Shown: piece by piece, positions 38,991 to 53,361 of the stretch
How the letters are laid out: each line of letters opens with the position of its first letter
Position numbering within the stretch: the stretch's first letter is position 1
Assembly (NCBI RefSeq): GCF_026571515.1
Contig: NW_026866967.1
Span: 248,001 to 312,000, forward strand
Reading direction: 5' to 3'
From: Ruditapes philippinarum
Taxonomy: Eukaryota
DNA length: 64,000 nucleotides
Position numbers and translations under genes: made by a program
Notes under the pieces: generated by a model
Told to the model about the DNA's origin: nothing
The model's database searches: none
What the model saw: only the letters and a program-made list of their open reading frames with translations

Positions 38991-41764
38991 GAGTGTTATG
39001 TCTTGACTGTTGTCTGGTATTTTTATTTATTATTTTTATTATTTCTACAAACGCCGTTTCCGTTGACTTATTTTTAAGTAAACTGATTTCATTAAGTCAT
39101 CAAGTCGGTATTGAAACTGTGTTTTCGTTGCTTAAAAAAGATGTCAGTAATTAATTTACTTTTATTCAGTCTTTTCTCCAGCATCGTTATCTAATGTAGC
39201 CACAAGCTTAGAGCTGTCAACTAATATTGGTCGTTTATTCGACCACCTGTCGGGCGTATCGTAAATTCTCTTACAGACATTCCAGTTTTTAAGCTCTCTT
39301 CTTTTGTTATCATTTATGTCTGGAATCTTTGTTTTAAAGCTGTATTTAAAATCGCAGTATATACCTTTCTATTGTGAACGTAATGGATTGTGCATTAACC
39401 TTCTTGATGTGATGTTTTATTTAGACAAAATGAGTAGGCCAATATAATCAGATTAGTTCAACATTATTTTTTTCAACTAACGGTAGAAAGTTTATTATCA
39501 GAATGTGTTCGTTATAGATTTAACACGAAAAAGTTAATATTTCCGTCATATACCTGTAGTTTGCTTACCTCTAATATGTATTTTATTTACCGACATCCAA
39601 ATCTAGAAAATGATGATAATATATTTTCATAAAATCTGATTAATGCTTAGTATGGGCCCGTTTCATTTCACAATCATCGTTCTTTCAAATGTATACATAG
39701 CTAAAATATCTTTGGACTTGAATTCTAATGCTCCCTTGTTGAAAAGGGATAGCAAGGGGTAGAACAAAAAAAAATGAAATAAAAGATGAAATTCGCAGAC
39801 TTTATTTCATGGAGTTTTTCATCATGTGCAAAAACCAATAGTGCATCATGTATTATGTCATTTTGTACTGTGTTAAAAACAGTCCTAAATTTCCAGGACT
39901 CAATGTCCCAGAATCCGTTTTTTCTTTTGAAGAATTGTTTTAATTATCAATTGAGATATCCTTAAGCAGTAGCATGAATCATTGGAAAGACGCCTGATTA
40001 CGTAATAATTTATGAATAATATATTAGCATTCTGAAAAGTCCATAGTACGTCTATCTAGTAAACGATTATCACCCCGAAGCTATAATAATGTCAAAAAGG
40101 AACATCAAATGATTTGTAATAAAAACAAATATCACAGTACTGGTTTAATTAAAACGTCATTCTTTAAATATTCTTGTGTAGTTTTTTTTACTTCTTAGCT
40201 GGAACAAAACTAAAAGTGATAGTATTTTGATAGGATTTCGGTATAATAATTCCAAATAATGTAGTGTTAGTATGTTATTTTCTTTTTCTAATTAAGTCAA
40301 GTGCTGAGCAGGCGCCCATCTAAATAGGTGTTTCATTTGAAGGACGTGAAAATGTATCAACGAGATTTGTGAATGAGAATTTGATATATGTAAATTCTGT
40401 AACATACTGCAAAGGTTATTATGCTGTTGGTTATGAACAAATGCTAGATTCCTACCTGGAATTTATATAATTTTGATATGCTCGATCTACATGCTATAGC
40501 TTTGTATAATTTGTTCAACTGTTCACTTTGTTCGTAGAAGTGATACATGTTTACATTGATTAGTGCATACATACAACTACATGTATATAAAAATTGTCTG
40601 AAAAACAAGGTATACAAAAAGCAACAAACAAAAAACCGTTGAAATCGTGTCTCTGCTGTAAACAATTTGATTGCGTCATAAAATAACATAAAACTGTAGT
40701 AAACTAAGATCATATCAAATAGTCTACTTTCAAAATGTAGAACGTTTCGACAGTGCATGTAAACTATTTCATTTAAATGAACGAGTAAAAAATTTATGAA
40801 TATTTTTTTAATAAATAAACTTGCTATTGGTTCGGTTAAGGAACATTTTAATGTAGTAGCTAATAATAAAATGATTGTAAAAGCATAATAATTGATACGA
40901 TTTAAAACGTTTGGAACAGTTTAAATAATGAAATAATTAATTGGAATAACATTTACGCACGTAACATAATTCGCCATTAAGATTCTATGTGCTAAAATGA
41001 ATGTCAGTTAAGTTTCTTTTTTGTTAATTACATTTTGATCACGTTCCGAAGCCAGTCCAAAATATTTGCTAAGATGCGATGATTACTTGTCCTGTTTCAA
41101 TAAATTATTTAGAAGACGACGACTTTTTTGTCCGCGTTTTTCATGCCAATTTCATGTCTTTAAACGTCCATCTTTGAGAACTTAAGACGAGCTGAAACGC
41201 ATCACAATTCTTGTTACCATTAAGGTACGTTTTGTTTGCAATACAATTGTTCGAAGTGAAACCCGAATGCTACCGAAGCCGTAAAATCAATCGTGGAACC
41301 CCGTCAGAAGCATTATGTTAACAATCGTTCAAGTTTTCTGATTTCATGATAAATGAATCTCTTGAAATGTTGTCTTGCAAGTTGACTTCGTCAGCTGAAA
41401 TAAAAAAATATAGTTTTAACTTATTCAATAGTAAGTGCACCCCGCCCTTATTCAACCCCCAACTTGAATCAAAGATCACGAATGACAAGAAATATTATAA
41501 TACAAACCAAAACGCAGCACTTGTCATTACAAAACAGTACCTTCTGTATTGTATAAAATCATTGCTTGAATGAATGTAATAACTATACAAAATTTGATGA
41601 TTATATAACCAAGTCAATTGAAACGGCAAAAATTAAAGTAAAATTCATTAATCATATATTTTTGCGCGAGTAAATCTAGGGCAATCCCAGTTGTTGAACA
41701 AGATCTTTAAATAAGGAATGTGCAATCTACTTTTCATTTTATTGTTAATATTGTTTCAGTCTAT

Positions 41765-41950
41765 GCTGATTGTAGAGAGTATTATCTGATGTATATGAAA
41801 TTCGAATTTAACGAATTTCCCACGATTCTTATGGGAAATACATAACAATTGAATTGTTTTAATGCGAAATACTTCTCTCGTTCTCTTGCAAAACTACCAT
41901 TAATAAAGGAAAAGTGATAAAATAGTTCCCGTGATTACATATGGATTATA
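41765..41950 (+). repeat. Downstream-array block V, copy 1
   Basis: ATTTAACGAATTTCCCACGATTCTTATGGGAAAT…AATTGAAT…TCTCTTGCAAAA aligns with 61215-61420. Confidence 0.65.
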
Positions 41951-42631
41951 CATGGCTTTTCTTTCTGTGTAAATTGTATTTCATTTATACAATTACCTTG
42001 TGTTATTTTGCATTGTAAACAAATGGTTAAATGAGATGAACGAAAAAAATGTTTCTAAATAATGGTATTTTCGCGGGAAGATTTAATTTCATCGCACAAT
42101 TACGTGTATTAAAAGGTAGTTAAAATGATCTCTTGAGTTTGAATATATTACTGACATTAAATTGCTTTTCTAAAGTGATTTTATTACTATTTAATTATTT
42201 CAATCATTTTTTTAATCTATTTTTGTCTAATTTAAGGTGAACCATTTTCTAACAATGCGGAAGAATACGAGATAAATTTGAAAACCTTGCAATGCATGCG
42301 TGCGTGCTTTGGGAAACTAATATTATATGTAATGATAATTATGGCTGATTGTTTGTCAGTGTAATTTAATCGTTTTTGTTTACTATCTTTGATACATTAT
42401 CATTAAGCATCGATGAATTTAAAAATGAAGATAAATTGGAATCATTTGTTGTAAGGTCTGAAGTTGGCTGCATTGATTTGTAAATGGATTATCAAAAACG
42501 TTGCACTGTTATAAATCAAGGAACTTAAGTACTGTGAACAATAGTTTAATTTCGTTTTTATGTTGAAATAAGCAACAATGATTTCTTTGAATATTGCTTA
42601 AAAAAAAAGTCAGTATTCACTCCGTGTACAT

Positions 42632-42810
42632 CGTTACAAACAACACAACCCCTGTAGTCTGATTCTAGTGCCAAAGCTATCTATTACATAAGTTGTACCT
42701 GGTTATTTTCAGCGTTTGCTCCGAGTCAAATGACAAGCAATTATACTGATAGATGAATCAAAATATTCAATTATGTGACTTTCTTCGCACGGAAATCCTG
42801 TGAATCTGCC
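42632..42810 (+). repeat. Downstream-array block Z, copy 2
   Basis: CCCTGTAGTCT…AGTGCCAAAGCTATCT…ACCTGGTTATTTTCAGC…GATGAATCAAAAT. Confidence 0.8.
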
Positions 42811-43230
42811 CCCAGAGAAATCGCTTTTAACATCTCTTGAGTTGGTGAGAGAAAGTTCAAAATTTATTGCCATACGTTAAGATTTTAAATCAAGGACATT
42901 TTGCTGCACAGGCAACTGTTTTATTTTCGGGTTTGAACGATATTACAAATTATGTTTTCACGCGTCCTTTTTTCACTGTCATTGCCAGCCTGTAAACCTA
43001 GGAAACCAATAATAAAACGCTGTCAAAGTCACTGTCGTTGTAATTATGTGAACTAAAAGTACGAATTTACATGAATATGCATTACATTACTAGCAATGTG
43101 TGTGATTATTCGTTTAATTTCTATAAGAAATAAAATCATGTATACTTCATTATGATAAATTCATACTTAATTGGTTTATACAGACTTTAGTTTAGTTCGA
43201 TTGTGTAGAAAGCTATAAGCTTATATAAAG

Positions 43231-43385
43231 ACACACTTTCGAATCTGTTCCTGGAACAAACCAGTACTAAGCATTGAGTGTAAAGTTTCTTGCTCAAGGA
43301 AACAACGGCTGGTCCCTGACGGGGTTTGAACTGATGCGGCTAGCGATCATGAGATTAACGCGGTAACCACTCGGCCTTGCCGCCA
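43231..43385 (-). mobile_element. tRNA-derived CORE-type SINE
   Basis: Minus strand reads GGCCGAGTGGTTA (A-box-like), GTTCAAACCCC (B-box), then GTTGTTTCCTTGAGCAAGAAACTTTAC (CORE-domain-like) and TGCTTAGTACTGGTT. Confidence 0.7.
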
Positions 43386-44407
43386 CTCGACACATTGGTT
43401 AACACAACATATTATTGGTAAGTGCAATATATTGATCTAGCAAAATACGGTAATGACAATAATTCATGTTATCTACTTAATTAGAACATTGCGATACAAA
43501 TTAAGAAAACATTAATGTCTTTGAAATTGTGGTATAAACAGCAATTACGAACAATTTTATATTTGCAGGGAACTGTGAATTTTCTCTGAAAAAAGTATTA
43601 ATCTGTACTGTATTTTTTCTCGGCAGAAAAAACAACGGGGCAAAAACAAAATTGTTTATTTATAAACATTTTATATCAAGCGTAAAATGTTTATCTTCTT
43701 GTCTCACTACGACGACCGCGGATAGGCACTGTTTCTTTAATGGCTCCTTTTGATTGATAAGTACATATAATTATCCTCAGAGATAAGTGAATTAAAATTC
43801 GATTATAAATAGAACCAGTTGTTGAGCACGCAGTAATTACCTATTGTTATAGTTATTGAGATTTTCCTTCAGCTAAATATCAGGCTTTTGAGGAAAATAT
43901 AAAGATTGCGATAATATCTTAAAATGTCAAAATAAGATTAAAAAACTCTCTTACATCGTTAAAAGACATGGGAATCGCCTATCTTTGCCGAGAATCATCT
44001 AAATGGATTGTAGATGCCATTAGATATTATACTCAACAGATTGTTATTGCTCTTGTTTTAAGATTGAATTATATCAAATCTTGGGGGAAATGTTGAAATC
44101 ACTTATAAGTTTTATTTTAAATGATCTAATAAAAAAGATAATTTTACATCAAGGAGGCAAGCGTTTATTCTTGCATATCAGACTGGCGTTTCCGTTACTT
44201 TTACCCATGCCGGAAATTTCATCTGGCATGGGGGGGGTTCCAGATGAGTCGCGTGCTGTACAATGGCACGATAAAGATGACGTCATTTTACCGTTATGAA
44301 TGATTTTGTAATTCATACGCTGTTGAATGAAAGTAGTTACGGTTGTAATGGTATAAATTTTCATTGAAAATAAAGATAAAGAATTTAAAATATAATGGAA
44401 TATGGTA

Positions 44408-44583
44408 GAATATGCAAGAAAAAATATCTGACATATGTTTGCGGTTCGGAATCGGAATATCCGTCTCTCGGTCACCCGCCCATGGGCAGTAACTCGGCAA
44501 GCTTCGTTACCGCCCAATGGGCGGGTCACCTCGGGACGGATATTCCGATCCGAACCGCAAAATATAAAAGATATTATTATTCT
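44408..44583. mobile_element. GC-rich palindromic MITE-like element
   Basis: TTTGCGGTTCGGAATCGGAATATCCGTC…CCCGCCCATGGGCAGTAAC / GTTACCGCCCAATGGGCGGG…GACGGATATTCCGATCCGAACCGCAAA inverted arms. This explains the overlapping spurious ORFs at 44081-44620. Confidence 0.75.
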
Positions 44584-44774
44584 AAGTATTTACTTTTTAA
44601 TAATTAGAAAAAATTTGTAAATAATGTATGTAAAGTGTGTGTCTTGAGTCGTATTGTACTTGCCAGTTTTCAATATTCTTGCAGAACACCTAAGAAAAAT
44701 AAGGAACTTATACCTTTCTATTCATATATATGATTAATATAAAATAACATTACAATTGTCGTCAAAGGTTTTAT

Positions 44775-44900
44775 TTTCTTTTGATTTGACAATGTACAAG
44801 TCATATGGCGATTTCCCAGCTTTAGTGGTGGAATAATACATAAGGTACCTTTCCGTGCATTATTTATACCACGAACGGGCACTTGAGTAGAACCACTGAG
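44775..44900 (-). mobile_element. SINE fragment (central domain + 3' end)
   Basis: Minus strand GTGGTTCTACTCAAGTGCCCGTTCGTGG…TAATGCACGGA…AAAGCTGGGAAATCGCCATATGAC. From memory this resembles the Meta-type central domain of molluscan SINEs; family call unverified. Confidence 0.55.
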
Positions 44901-46625
44901 GCCCTTTTATTTGACGAACTACTGAAATACCGACTACATGAACGAAGTCTTTACACCACGAGAGGTAATCATGGACGGATACGATGCTAATCACTTCCAT
45001 TCAAAAGAAAATTGACGGAAGTCATTATGAAAAGGTAGACTTACACAAAGTTTTCACGAAATTGTATTTTCTGTGGAATGAACTGTCCCAGTATATAAAA
45101 TGATTTTTCTTTCCTGTGTGTGCGAAATGAAATATTCATTAACCAATTAGTATGACTTATATTCCATTGTTACGAAGAACGTTTGCAATGTTAAACCACG
45201 TCTAATTCTAAAACCTTTCCACTACTGGGAAGTTTTGCGTATGTGTATCATATCAGTAAATATGCAGCATTGCCAATTTGATCTTTCTATTTATTCTGCA
45301 TTTTGCTAATCTAAATTTTCTGGCATTTGCATTTAAGGGAATTTCTCACTGCACTCTTGTCGTTCTTTCTATGAAAATGTTTGTTTGAAGATTTTATGGG
45401 CAATAATGCTTTTAAAACAAAACAAAATTGACATTTTAAACATCAATATTTGCACGCACGGTCTAACGAAACAAAAATACAAGGCCAATTGCAACGTTGT
45501 TAACAGTTTTGTTTTCTTTTTATTTCAGAAATTCAAATAATTATGCTTTGCACTTTGTAGCAGTCATTTTCTTCGTAACGATAAAAGTAAGCATTGAAAA
45601 TTATAGGTGCATCATGCTCAAGAAATGTTTTTTGCTATTTCTTAAAGCCACGGACCTCCAGATGGTAAAATAAAAAAAAATGAAATAAAATAATGGTAAA
45701 TACTGATCTAGTTAGGTTAATTGTATAAATTTACCATTACTGACAACTTAATTCAAGAAGGAATGTTGACAAAAGCGTTTTATATATCGGGTTTTCTTTT
45801 CCATAATCTACTACGTTACTGACGCAGTAGGCAATATTAATAGATTTAATGCGGTCACGTGTCACAACAGTGATCCGGAAAAAGCCCAGTATCCGGTATG
45901 CCCGTGATCGTTTATCAATTTTCGTCATTAAGTAGGCCCCTATCACATTTTAAGCCAAAGGTTAAATCGATAAATTGGTCATCATATACATGAAATAATT
46001 ATTCAATTATAATTCTTAGTGCCACGAATTACTACAAAAATAAAAACAAAAGCAGTTATTTTTATCCCAATATGTTTGATAAAATCCCGGATTCCGTGCG
46101 TTCCGGAGCACAGGTCGCGATATTGTCCTGTACGATCACGTAATACTAGAAAAAAACCCGGATGAAAGAATTCCGTGGTTTAATAAAAGAAGGTATTTCC
46201 CGTTGGTGGAAAAGCGAACTGTTTGTTTTCAGAGCAATAATGTTAAAATATGAACATTTTGAAGCGTAATTTCGATTTCTTCCAACTATATTATGTTTTT
46301 GAGGGGGAATTTGAAATATAAGCAACACGGCGGTTTTTCTACTATCTTCTGGAGGACAGCTGCTTTAAAAGTTCGATGCAACTCATCGGAAGAAACTATA
46401 ACATTACAAGTGCCATATAGTCACTTTCAAAAAAGCAGAGATGAAAACAATAATGATAATGCATCGTAACTTTATAATCATTGTCAAATTATCTAGTTTT
46501 CGCAACTTTTCCGGTCGGAGAAGCCACATTTAATCTTAATTTTATATGAGTTTCAAATTAATTACCCGCATTCATTTCATAAAAAGCGTCACAATTGATA
46601 CATGTACTTATTAATTACGACTAAT

Positions 46626-46840
46626 GAAGTGTTAATAAATTAAAACACATTTATCAGGTTTAATTGAATGGATGATAACCCAATTTCACATTCAAAGAGA
46701 TAACAGTTAATTTAGAACCGCACACCCGCATAAAGTTTAAAAAAAAGGCAATATTGTTGGAGAAAAAGTTTAATTATTCGATTAAAATTGTGGCAGGCAG
46801 GCAGAACACTGACGTTAAAAGGGTCATTAAGCCAACAATG
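46626..46840 (+). repeat. Downstream-array block X, copy 1
   Basis: GAAGTGT..A.AAATTAAAACAC…AGGTTTAATT…CCCAATTTCACATTC…GATAACAGT…CCCGCATAAA also at 58950-59160. Confidence 0.75.
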
Positions 46841-47689
46841 AAAAAATATTAATTAACAGATAATGAAATTTATTTTATTTTGCCTGGGTCGCATAGCTCG
46901 TCAGTACCTTTTAAATGCCTTTGTAGAATGATATTATTGCAGTGATGTGATGCGTATATGACAAACAAACCGGTTTATAATGGAAACCTCTATCAGTACT
47001 TTAGCGGCAGCGTCATTGCACATCGCAAATAGTTATGTAATCATTTCTTGTAAAAAAAGAAAAACATATTTTCAAAAAACTATTGAAAGAAAAATATTGC
47101 AGTGCAAATGTAATTGTATTTATTAATCAGAAAGTTATTTTGCAGGCTCTATCAAGCCCCATATCCCCCACCCCGACCTCGGCTAAAGCGGAATTTAGGT
47201 TTATCAGCAACAAGGCAAAATTTATTAATGAATAAATGTAACCTCTATGATGAAGTGTGCCGGCTAGTAGAATTCCACGAATCACTGAACACCTTGAACA
47301 CCTGATTGTAGGAGTGAAAACTGAAAGGCTATGCATGAGTACTTAACACTAAAAATTGCAACTTGGTTGTCTTGGATATTACATCCAGTTAAGGGAAACA
47401 TTTTGAATAACAGCATTGTAATTTGATTGTATGAATATGACTGTCACATATATATCATGTAACATAAGTACCATGTTTAAACATGTATACTCGTACATGC
47501 ATGTGGAAACCTCTCCTTGATGTAATGCTTGTTAATGCTACTTGCTGGCATAGAGACGTATGATTTTTGAACTCTGCATTGCCATATTTCAAATTGGACA
47601 CAATGACTTAAACAAACCAGTTATTTGCGCATACAACCATGCTCTTTTCTTAGTATAGCATCAATGTTTGTCTCAATCACTCGTGATTA

Positions 47690-47890
47690 TTGCTCTCTAG
47701 GCAGCGAAATTAAGTCATTAACTGCTTCCATCGACAAATATCCTTTTATCTTTGATTGGATTTGAAAATAGTAACGAGTGATATTCAAGTTTTTGTGCTA
47801 TTCGTACTGAATAGAGGTAATTTTACTTCTTGCAAAATGAGAACAGGATTTTGTATTAATGATGTAGCGGTTGTTTAGATATTGAATACA
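47690..47890 (+). repeat. Downstream-array block Y, copy 2
   Basis: AATTAAGTC…ATCGACAAATATCCTTTTATCTTTGATTGGATTTGAAA…TAACGAGTG. Confidence 0.7.
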
Positions 47891-48691
47891 AATGAATTGA
47901 GATTTTTGTCAGTAATTGTAATAATAGTGTTTGTAATTGAATGTGCTCTGCACATAATGTTTATTTTCTATGAAATGAAAAGTTAAATGAAAGAAGATTT
48001 CGTACGTTAGCGTCAAAATAATTGAAACTGGTTTTAAAAATGATAAATTTTAAATTGTCATGTATTTTATAAAGTTAAATCACAAATAGTTCGATGATAT
48101 AAAAGAAAGACGATTCGTTCATATAAAAGTTGGTCCTTTTATAATTTCAGACTCACTTTCAGAATTTATTGAAATTGAAATTTATTTCTGACATAACATA
48201 ACGTCTGAAAGAAAATTAATGTACATCCTGTGTATTGCCCTTTTCGTACTATGCATTACTGCAATGCTTGTTTATCGCAAATCTGTGTTTTAAGAAGGAA
48301 ATGATTTGTTATCATACACAGTAAATGCTGATACATTTATGCCCTAAGGAAACTTACATTTTTTTACAAATTGCTATGTTAATACAGTGGACTATACAAC
48401 AATCATTATTTCACCTCCATAAATACATGTACAAGAAATTTACAATTTGAAAATTCATTAAGCAGACATTAAAATATGGCTTTGAACCGAATGAAATGTA
48501 ACCGACGCGGTCAAAATTAAGCTGAACCATATATTAGCTGACGTAGTCATTTATTTGTAGATATGAATCTTTCTTAAATATTCTGCACGTTCAGTTTCAC
48601 TCGTGCATAGACAACAACAATAACATTTCTTGACACATTGACATAATCATAAATCAATATGGTTTTCGTTTGGAGCTTTTTGTATGCACAT

Positions 48692-48830
48692 CTGTCCCAA
48701 ATGAGGTTTCCTAGTGCCAAAGTTGCCTGCTTCTCCTATGAAAACTTGTTGATTTAATGTTTTATACTGGAAAACAATATTGGCCTAACGAAAAATGCAT
48801 TGAAATCAAAATATTCATAATGTACATTCT
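48692..48830 (+). repeat. Downstream-array block Z, copy 3 (diverged)
   Basis: TGTCCC…CTAGTGCCAAAGTTGCCTG…TGAAATCAAAATATTCA. Confidence 0.6.
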
Positions 48831-49416
48831 TTAAAGAACTTACTATGTCTGCAAATCTGACGTTATATTGATCTAGGTGTATAAATATCTCACCAGATAT
48901 TATTCTGAAGGTTGTTTTGTAAACAAATGATATATACTCTTTAATAAAACGTGTATGGATCGTTCTTTTCAAAAACCGACAACAGTTGTTATAATTGTCA
49001 TTATATTAATCTGGTATTTCGGGTTAACTCTTTCGGGGTAATTGATTTAAAATTATCAAGGCCTGTTTAAAAACGGCTTCACTCGGTGATAGTGGTCGTT
49101 AAGACATTTTGAAGGTAAAATAAGTTATACATCATCCTCCAAAACATGTCTGCGAATGGTTATGCTGGTGTGTTGCCTCTTAAATCCGAATCGTTTGCTC
49201 TTTAGTTAAATTACCTTGGTAACCTTGCATTAAGTGTTTATCTTTGATGGCTCAATTCAGCAGTTGCTGCTAGGGAGACTAATTCTCTGATGGTTTCGTT
49301 TGGAGGAACGATTATAATACAAATATTTGTCGTTGTAAGTCAATTAATGTTATACAATCAACATTGGGAACACAGGGATGGAATTCATTAACTAAGATAT
49401 AACAGTCAAGTACAAA

Positions 49417-49550
49417 TTCAAATAGTTTATTTCGTGTCATTTTAAATAAGTAAAAAATTCAAATGGTTTGATTCTTGTAACAGTCATTTTAAATAAGTTC
49501 ATGTATCAATTCAAATGATTTAATATTTGTTACATTCATTTTTAATAAGT
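49417..49550. repeat. Degenerate tandem repeat (3 x ~40-50 bp)
   Basis: ATTCAAAT..TTT…TCATTTT.AATAAGT occurs three times. Confidence 0.6.
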
Positions 49551-50303
49551 GCAACTGAAATGGTTTACAACGCTTTCAGGCGTGAGTTAGTTTTCGAAAA
49601 GCAACTGAGAGTGCGTTTATTGGGATACCGTGACAATAAAGTCGTTTGCAATGTCCGTATCTCATCCGAAGTGATTTATAACAATTCAGTTCATTGTTTG
49701 ATATGAAGGTATTACATTTATAAACAACACATTTAAGAATTATTTTATTATTATTAATGCAATTATAATCTCTAATATTATTATTATTATGTGGTAATTG
49801 AATTGCTCTTTATTTTCCCTTTTAACAATCCGTTTGTTGCACATAATACCGCAGTGTATAAAGAACTACAGCTGCGAAAGGACTTCCCCCTTTTCTATGT
49901 TCAGTTATGTAACAGTGTGATGATAAATGTTTGAGTATTTTGTATCTTTTTAAAACGTATGAGTTAATATGGTCGCTACTTATGTCTATCATCTACAACT
50001 AGTCATTTTAATAACAGAAAATTGCACTACCGGCTGGGATGGAAATGGTTGGATAAACAGGTAAATACTTTCAGTTGCTAGGCGCAATAAACGGAAAACA
50101 TTCATTAATGTAAAAGTCATACTCGCGACTAAACACAGGTCTATTGAAAACAAACTGATGTTGCATTTTTCACAAATAAATGTTCGCAAAGAAACTACAT
50201 ACCGTCGACGTTACAACATCTATTTAATGCTTTAAAAGAATGTATTTAATTCCTTTATCAAGGTTCACAACTGCTCACTATTGAGGGAAGAAGACATGAA
50301 AAC

Positions 50304-50380
50304 GGCCGGATAGCTTGGTCGGTAGTGCCGCGAAATGGTATTCCGATGGTCGCGCGTTTGAGTCCCAGGCGGGCTGCATA
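50304..50380 (+). mobile_element. tRNA-like SINE head / tRNA pseudogene
   Basis: GGCCGGATAGCTTGGTCGGTAG (A-box-like) and GTTTGAGTCCC (degenerate B-box). No clean cloverleaf, so not called a functional tRNA. Confidence 0.5.
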
Positions 50381-50584
50381 CCTTTTAAAACAATAAAAAT
50401 ACGTCGGGTGGTAGACACATGGTAAAGACATATATTTACCGATTCGTATATGTAGTTAAAAATGCTGTTATGTGTGCATATTATGAGTATGTTCTAAGAT
50501 AAGTATATTTGCTTAAGGAAATGAAGGCAACAGGAAGTTAAGGTATTTTCATTTGGTCTAGACTAATTGTCTGGAATGGAAGAT

Positions 50585-50770
50585 AATTGATAGGCCTTTT
50601 ACGTATTCACTTGCTTAATTCTTCGTTTTATTAACTATGGCACATCCTTTGGTTTTTCGGTTATGTGTTAATTAAGCAAACATTAACGACGATTTAGTAT
50701 GCATGGACTTTTATACGAAATCCGCAGGGGACTGTTAATGAATAATAGATAAACTTTGAACGTGTCTTTT
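50585..50770 (+). repeat. Downstream-array block W, copy
   Basis: TAATTGA.AG.CCTTTTACGTATTC…CATCCTTTGG.TTTTCGGTTAT…AGCAAA.ATTA also at 58028-58210, and weakly at 36333. Confidence 0.75.
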
Positions 50771-51469
50771 CTTTGTTGAGATAAAATTTATTTAGATCGC
50801 AATAAGGAAGCAAAAATATTTGAAGTAAAAAACTGAAATTGGATTCTTAACTTTCATAATATTTAAATTCTGATTTTTTTGTTATTACCCTTTTTAAGAA
50901 TACGGTAAAGAAAAAATAGTTAGAATATACTTTTAACAAAACGGTAAAGAAAATGAAATAGTTAGATTACATTTTTAAAGGCTCATTATGGCTCTGAAAT
51001 GCTATCATTTTAATTTCTAAAAAACCTTCTATTTTTTGTATCATGTTACATTTTCCGATAAAATACCAATTTGCAACATATTTAATGAACTAATTTTTGC
51101 ACTTTTTGCTGTAATGCAATAGGTATAATCACAGTGAATGAGTATTTTGTTTGAAAGTCAAAATCCTACTTTGTTTACATTTTGCTCCCTGTACGACACA
51201 TTACTGCACATTCAGCGCAACTTTCGTCAGTTGTTAAACATCTTATATACTCTTAACACATATTTGACATTTCTAAAGAATTATAAAATGTATATTTATG
51301 AAGCATAATGTGCCTTAAATAATGTACAGAATAACAGATTGAAGTTAAACTGATATTTAAATACATGTATGTAATACAAATGGACTTTAATTAAGAAATA
51401 GAAACATTAATATTTTTTAAATGTGCAAACGAATCAAAAGTACAAGTTGAGCACGATATTGAATTCCAT

Positions 51470-51820
51470 GGACAATTTTATGTCCTTTTATCAATAACAG
51501 CAATCTCCTTTTCATTAATTGGATTTCAAAATAAGATTACCATGTGATTTAAGTTCTTAATACCGGCTTTACCAACTTGTCATTGAACAGATAATGAATT
51601 CACTTTGTTGCTAGAATAAGGACTATTGTTTTCAAGTAAAAACTTAAGAGCGTTTATATTAACTAGATGGTTGTTACCTAGATATTGAAATCCGTTTAAT
51701 AGAAATATTTAGCAGTGATTGTGCTGCAAAGCTGGGCTTAATGAAAGATTAACTATCAAATAGTCCCTGTTATTTTAAATGAACATAATAGTTTGAAGAT
51801 GAAAGAACGAGGCTTTGTAC
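51470..51820 (+). repeat. Downstream-array block Y, copy 3 (diverged)
   Basis: TCATTAATTGGATTTCAAAA…GATAATGAATTCAC…TGCTAGAATAAG…TATTTTAAAT..ACATAA…GAGGCT align with 37860-38230. Confidence 0.55.
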
Positions 51821-53361
51821 GTTTGTGGAGATAACTGAATAAATGGAAGCTTATTAACGTTTTGTAATGCACATTTAACATTTTGATAGGAATATGTAAT
51901 TAGTAGTATATAGAGAATACAACTGTTTAAAATTACTTTCAACTAGTTTTTGTTCCATTTATGAATGCATTCGTATTTGATGTTGAAATTAATGTTGATC
52001 CTTATTATGTAACCTTCGGAATTAAATCTGTTTTATAATACTTCATCATTGTACAATCACTTCCGGCATTTACATTATCTATATACATGGCTGCATTATA
52101 TAATCATACAAATAATATTTCATAAGTCACTTTTTATGTTTATCAATGAAATCAAGTCGGAAGTATTATGTATTCGTAATAAGGGGTTTAAACGGGTAAT
52201 TCGATTTTATATGATCAACTTAGGTAATACAAGATTTCAACTTAATGCTGAATCATCCAACCTACCAAAAGTATTAATATATAAAATAGTATTCATGTAT
52301 TGACTATGGCATTCCTATATCTCTTTTATAAAACAATTTCATAAATCTTACTTACCACTATTTCCCTATGATCTCCTTTATATGATGTTAGTACGCTATT
52401 TCAAGACATTCAATCCCCATAATAGTTTATCTTTCAACCATCACCATAAATTCTTGTTTGTTATGAATTCATGAATCTTTTCTTTATTATAAGACCGCAC
52501 ATCAAAACAATTAAGCCTGCCTTAAGGCAAAAACTATCCGCCACATTGTTTAAGGAAATTGAATCAGGTTTTCTATCTGATTCGGAGGGCAGTACGTTAT
52601 CCTATCGGTATAATTATCAACTTGGGAAATCCAGACAATTCTCAGTCAGCCTTGGGCATTACCATTTGATGTATGGCTTCGAACAAGACAGTCGGTGATA
52701 TTTTTCTGAATATTTCCCCCAAACAAGCAACATTTATCATTAAAGCAATATAAAATAATATACACACTGTTGTATTAATATTAGTACAACCTTTGATCAA
52801 TATAATATTTTATACTGTAATGATAAAATAGATAGAAAAACAGAATGAAAAAACACAAGCGTTAAAAAATAATATTTTATCTACATTGTACGAGTACATA
52901 AGTATCTTCTTAGTCTTAAAAAAGCACAGGTATAGCTGTCGTAGGTATCACCTCTTCACCGATCAAAAAATCTGAAACTGTTATGAAATAATGAAACATA
53001 AAGTCGAATGGTCATCCGCGAGATGATTGGGTCCTTTGAGAACATATGTATTAAATTGATGTCTGAACTAAATGGAATTGTTGTTAATTTATAAGTCATT
53101 GCCAACGTGATTTTGCAGTGATTTACAAAAGTTTCACTGAGCACGTACAAGTATTAAACTCCATAAAATTAAAGGCAAATATATATCAAAATATAATCTG
53201 TAGCATATGTCTATATTTGTATGACTTACATGATTTGATATTGGCCTTAATCATCATTTCTTTGCATATTTGGCGTACATTATTCATTGAAAGTAATGAT
53301 AAATTTCCCTGAATCATATGGACGTAGTAATAAATCAACGCAGACTGTTTCGATTTACAGA

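Noticed and set aside
38933-39154. ORFs starting MNQNVR here and at 53492
   Set aside because: Similarity is limited to the first 6 codons, inside non-coding block Z. No conserved frame.
44081-44620. Cluster of overlapping ORFs on both strands
   Set aside because: A by-product of a GC-rich palindromic repeat.
50304-50380. Functional tRNA gene
   Set aside because: The B-box is degenerate (GTTTGAG) and the stems do not close. Treated as a SINE head or pseudogene.
52000-52700. Possible decayed retroelement (Penelope/LINE-like) remnant
   Set aside because: No recognisable RT or endonuclease motif could be reconstructed with confidence.
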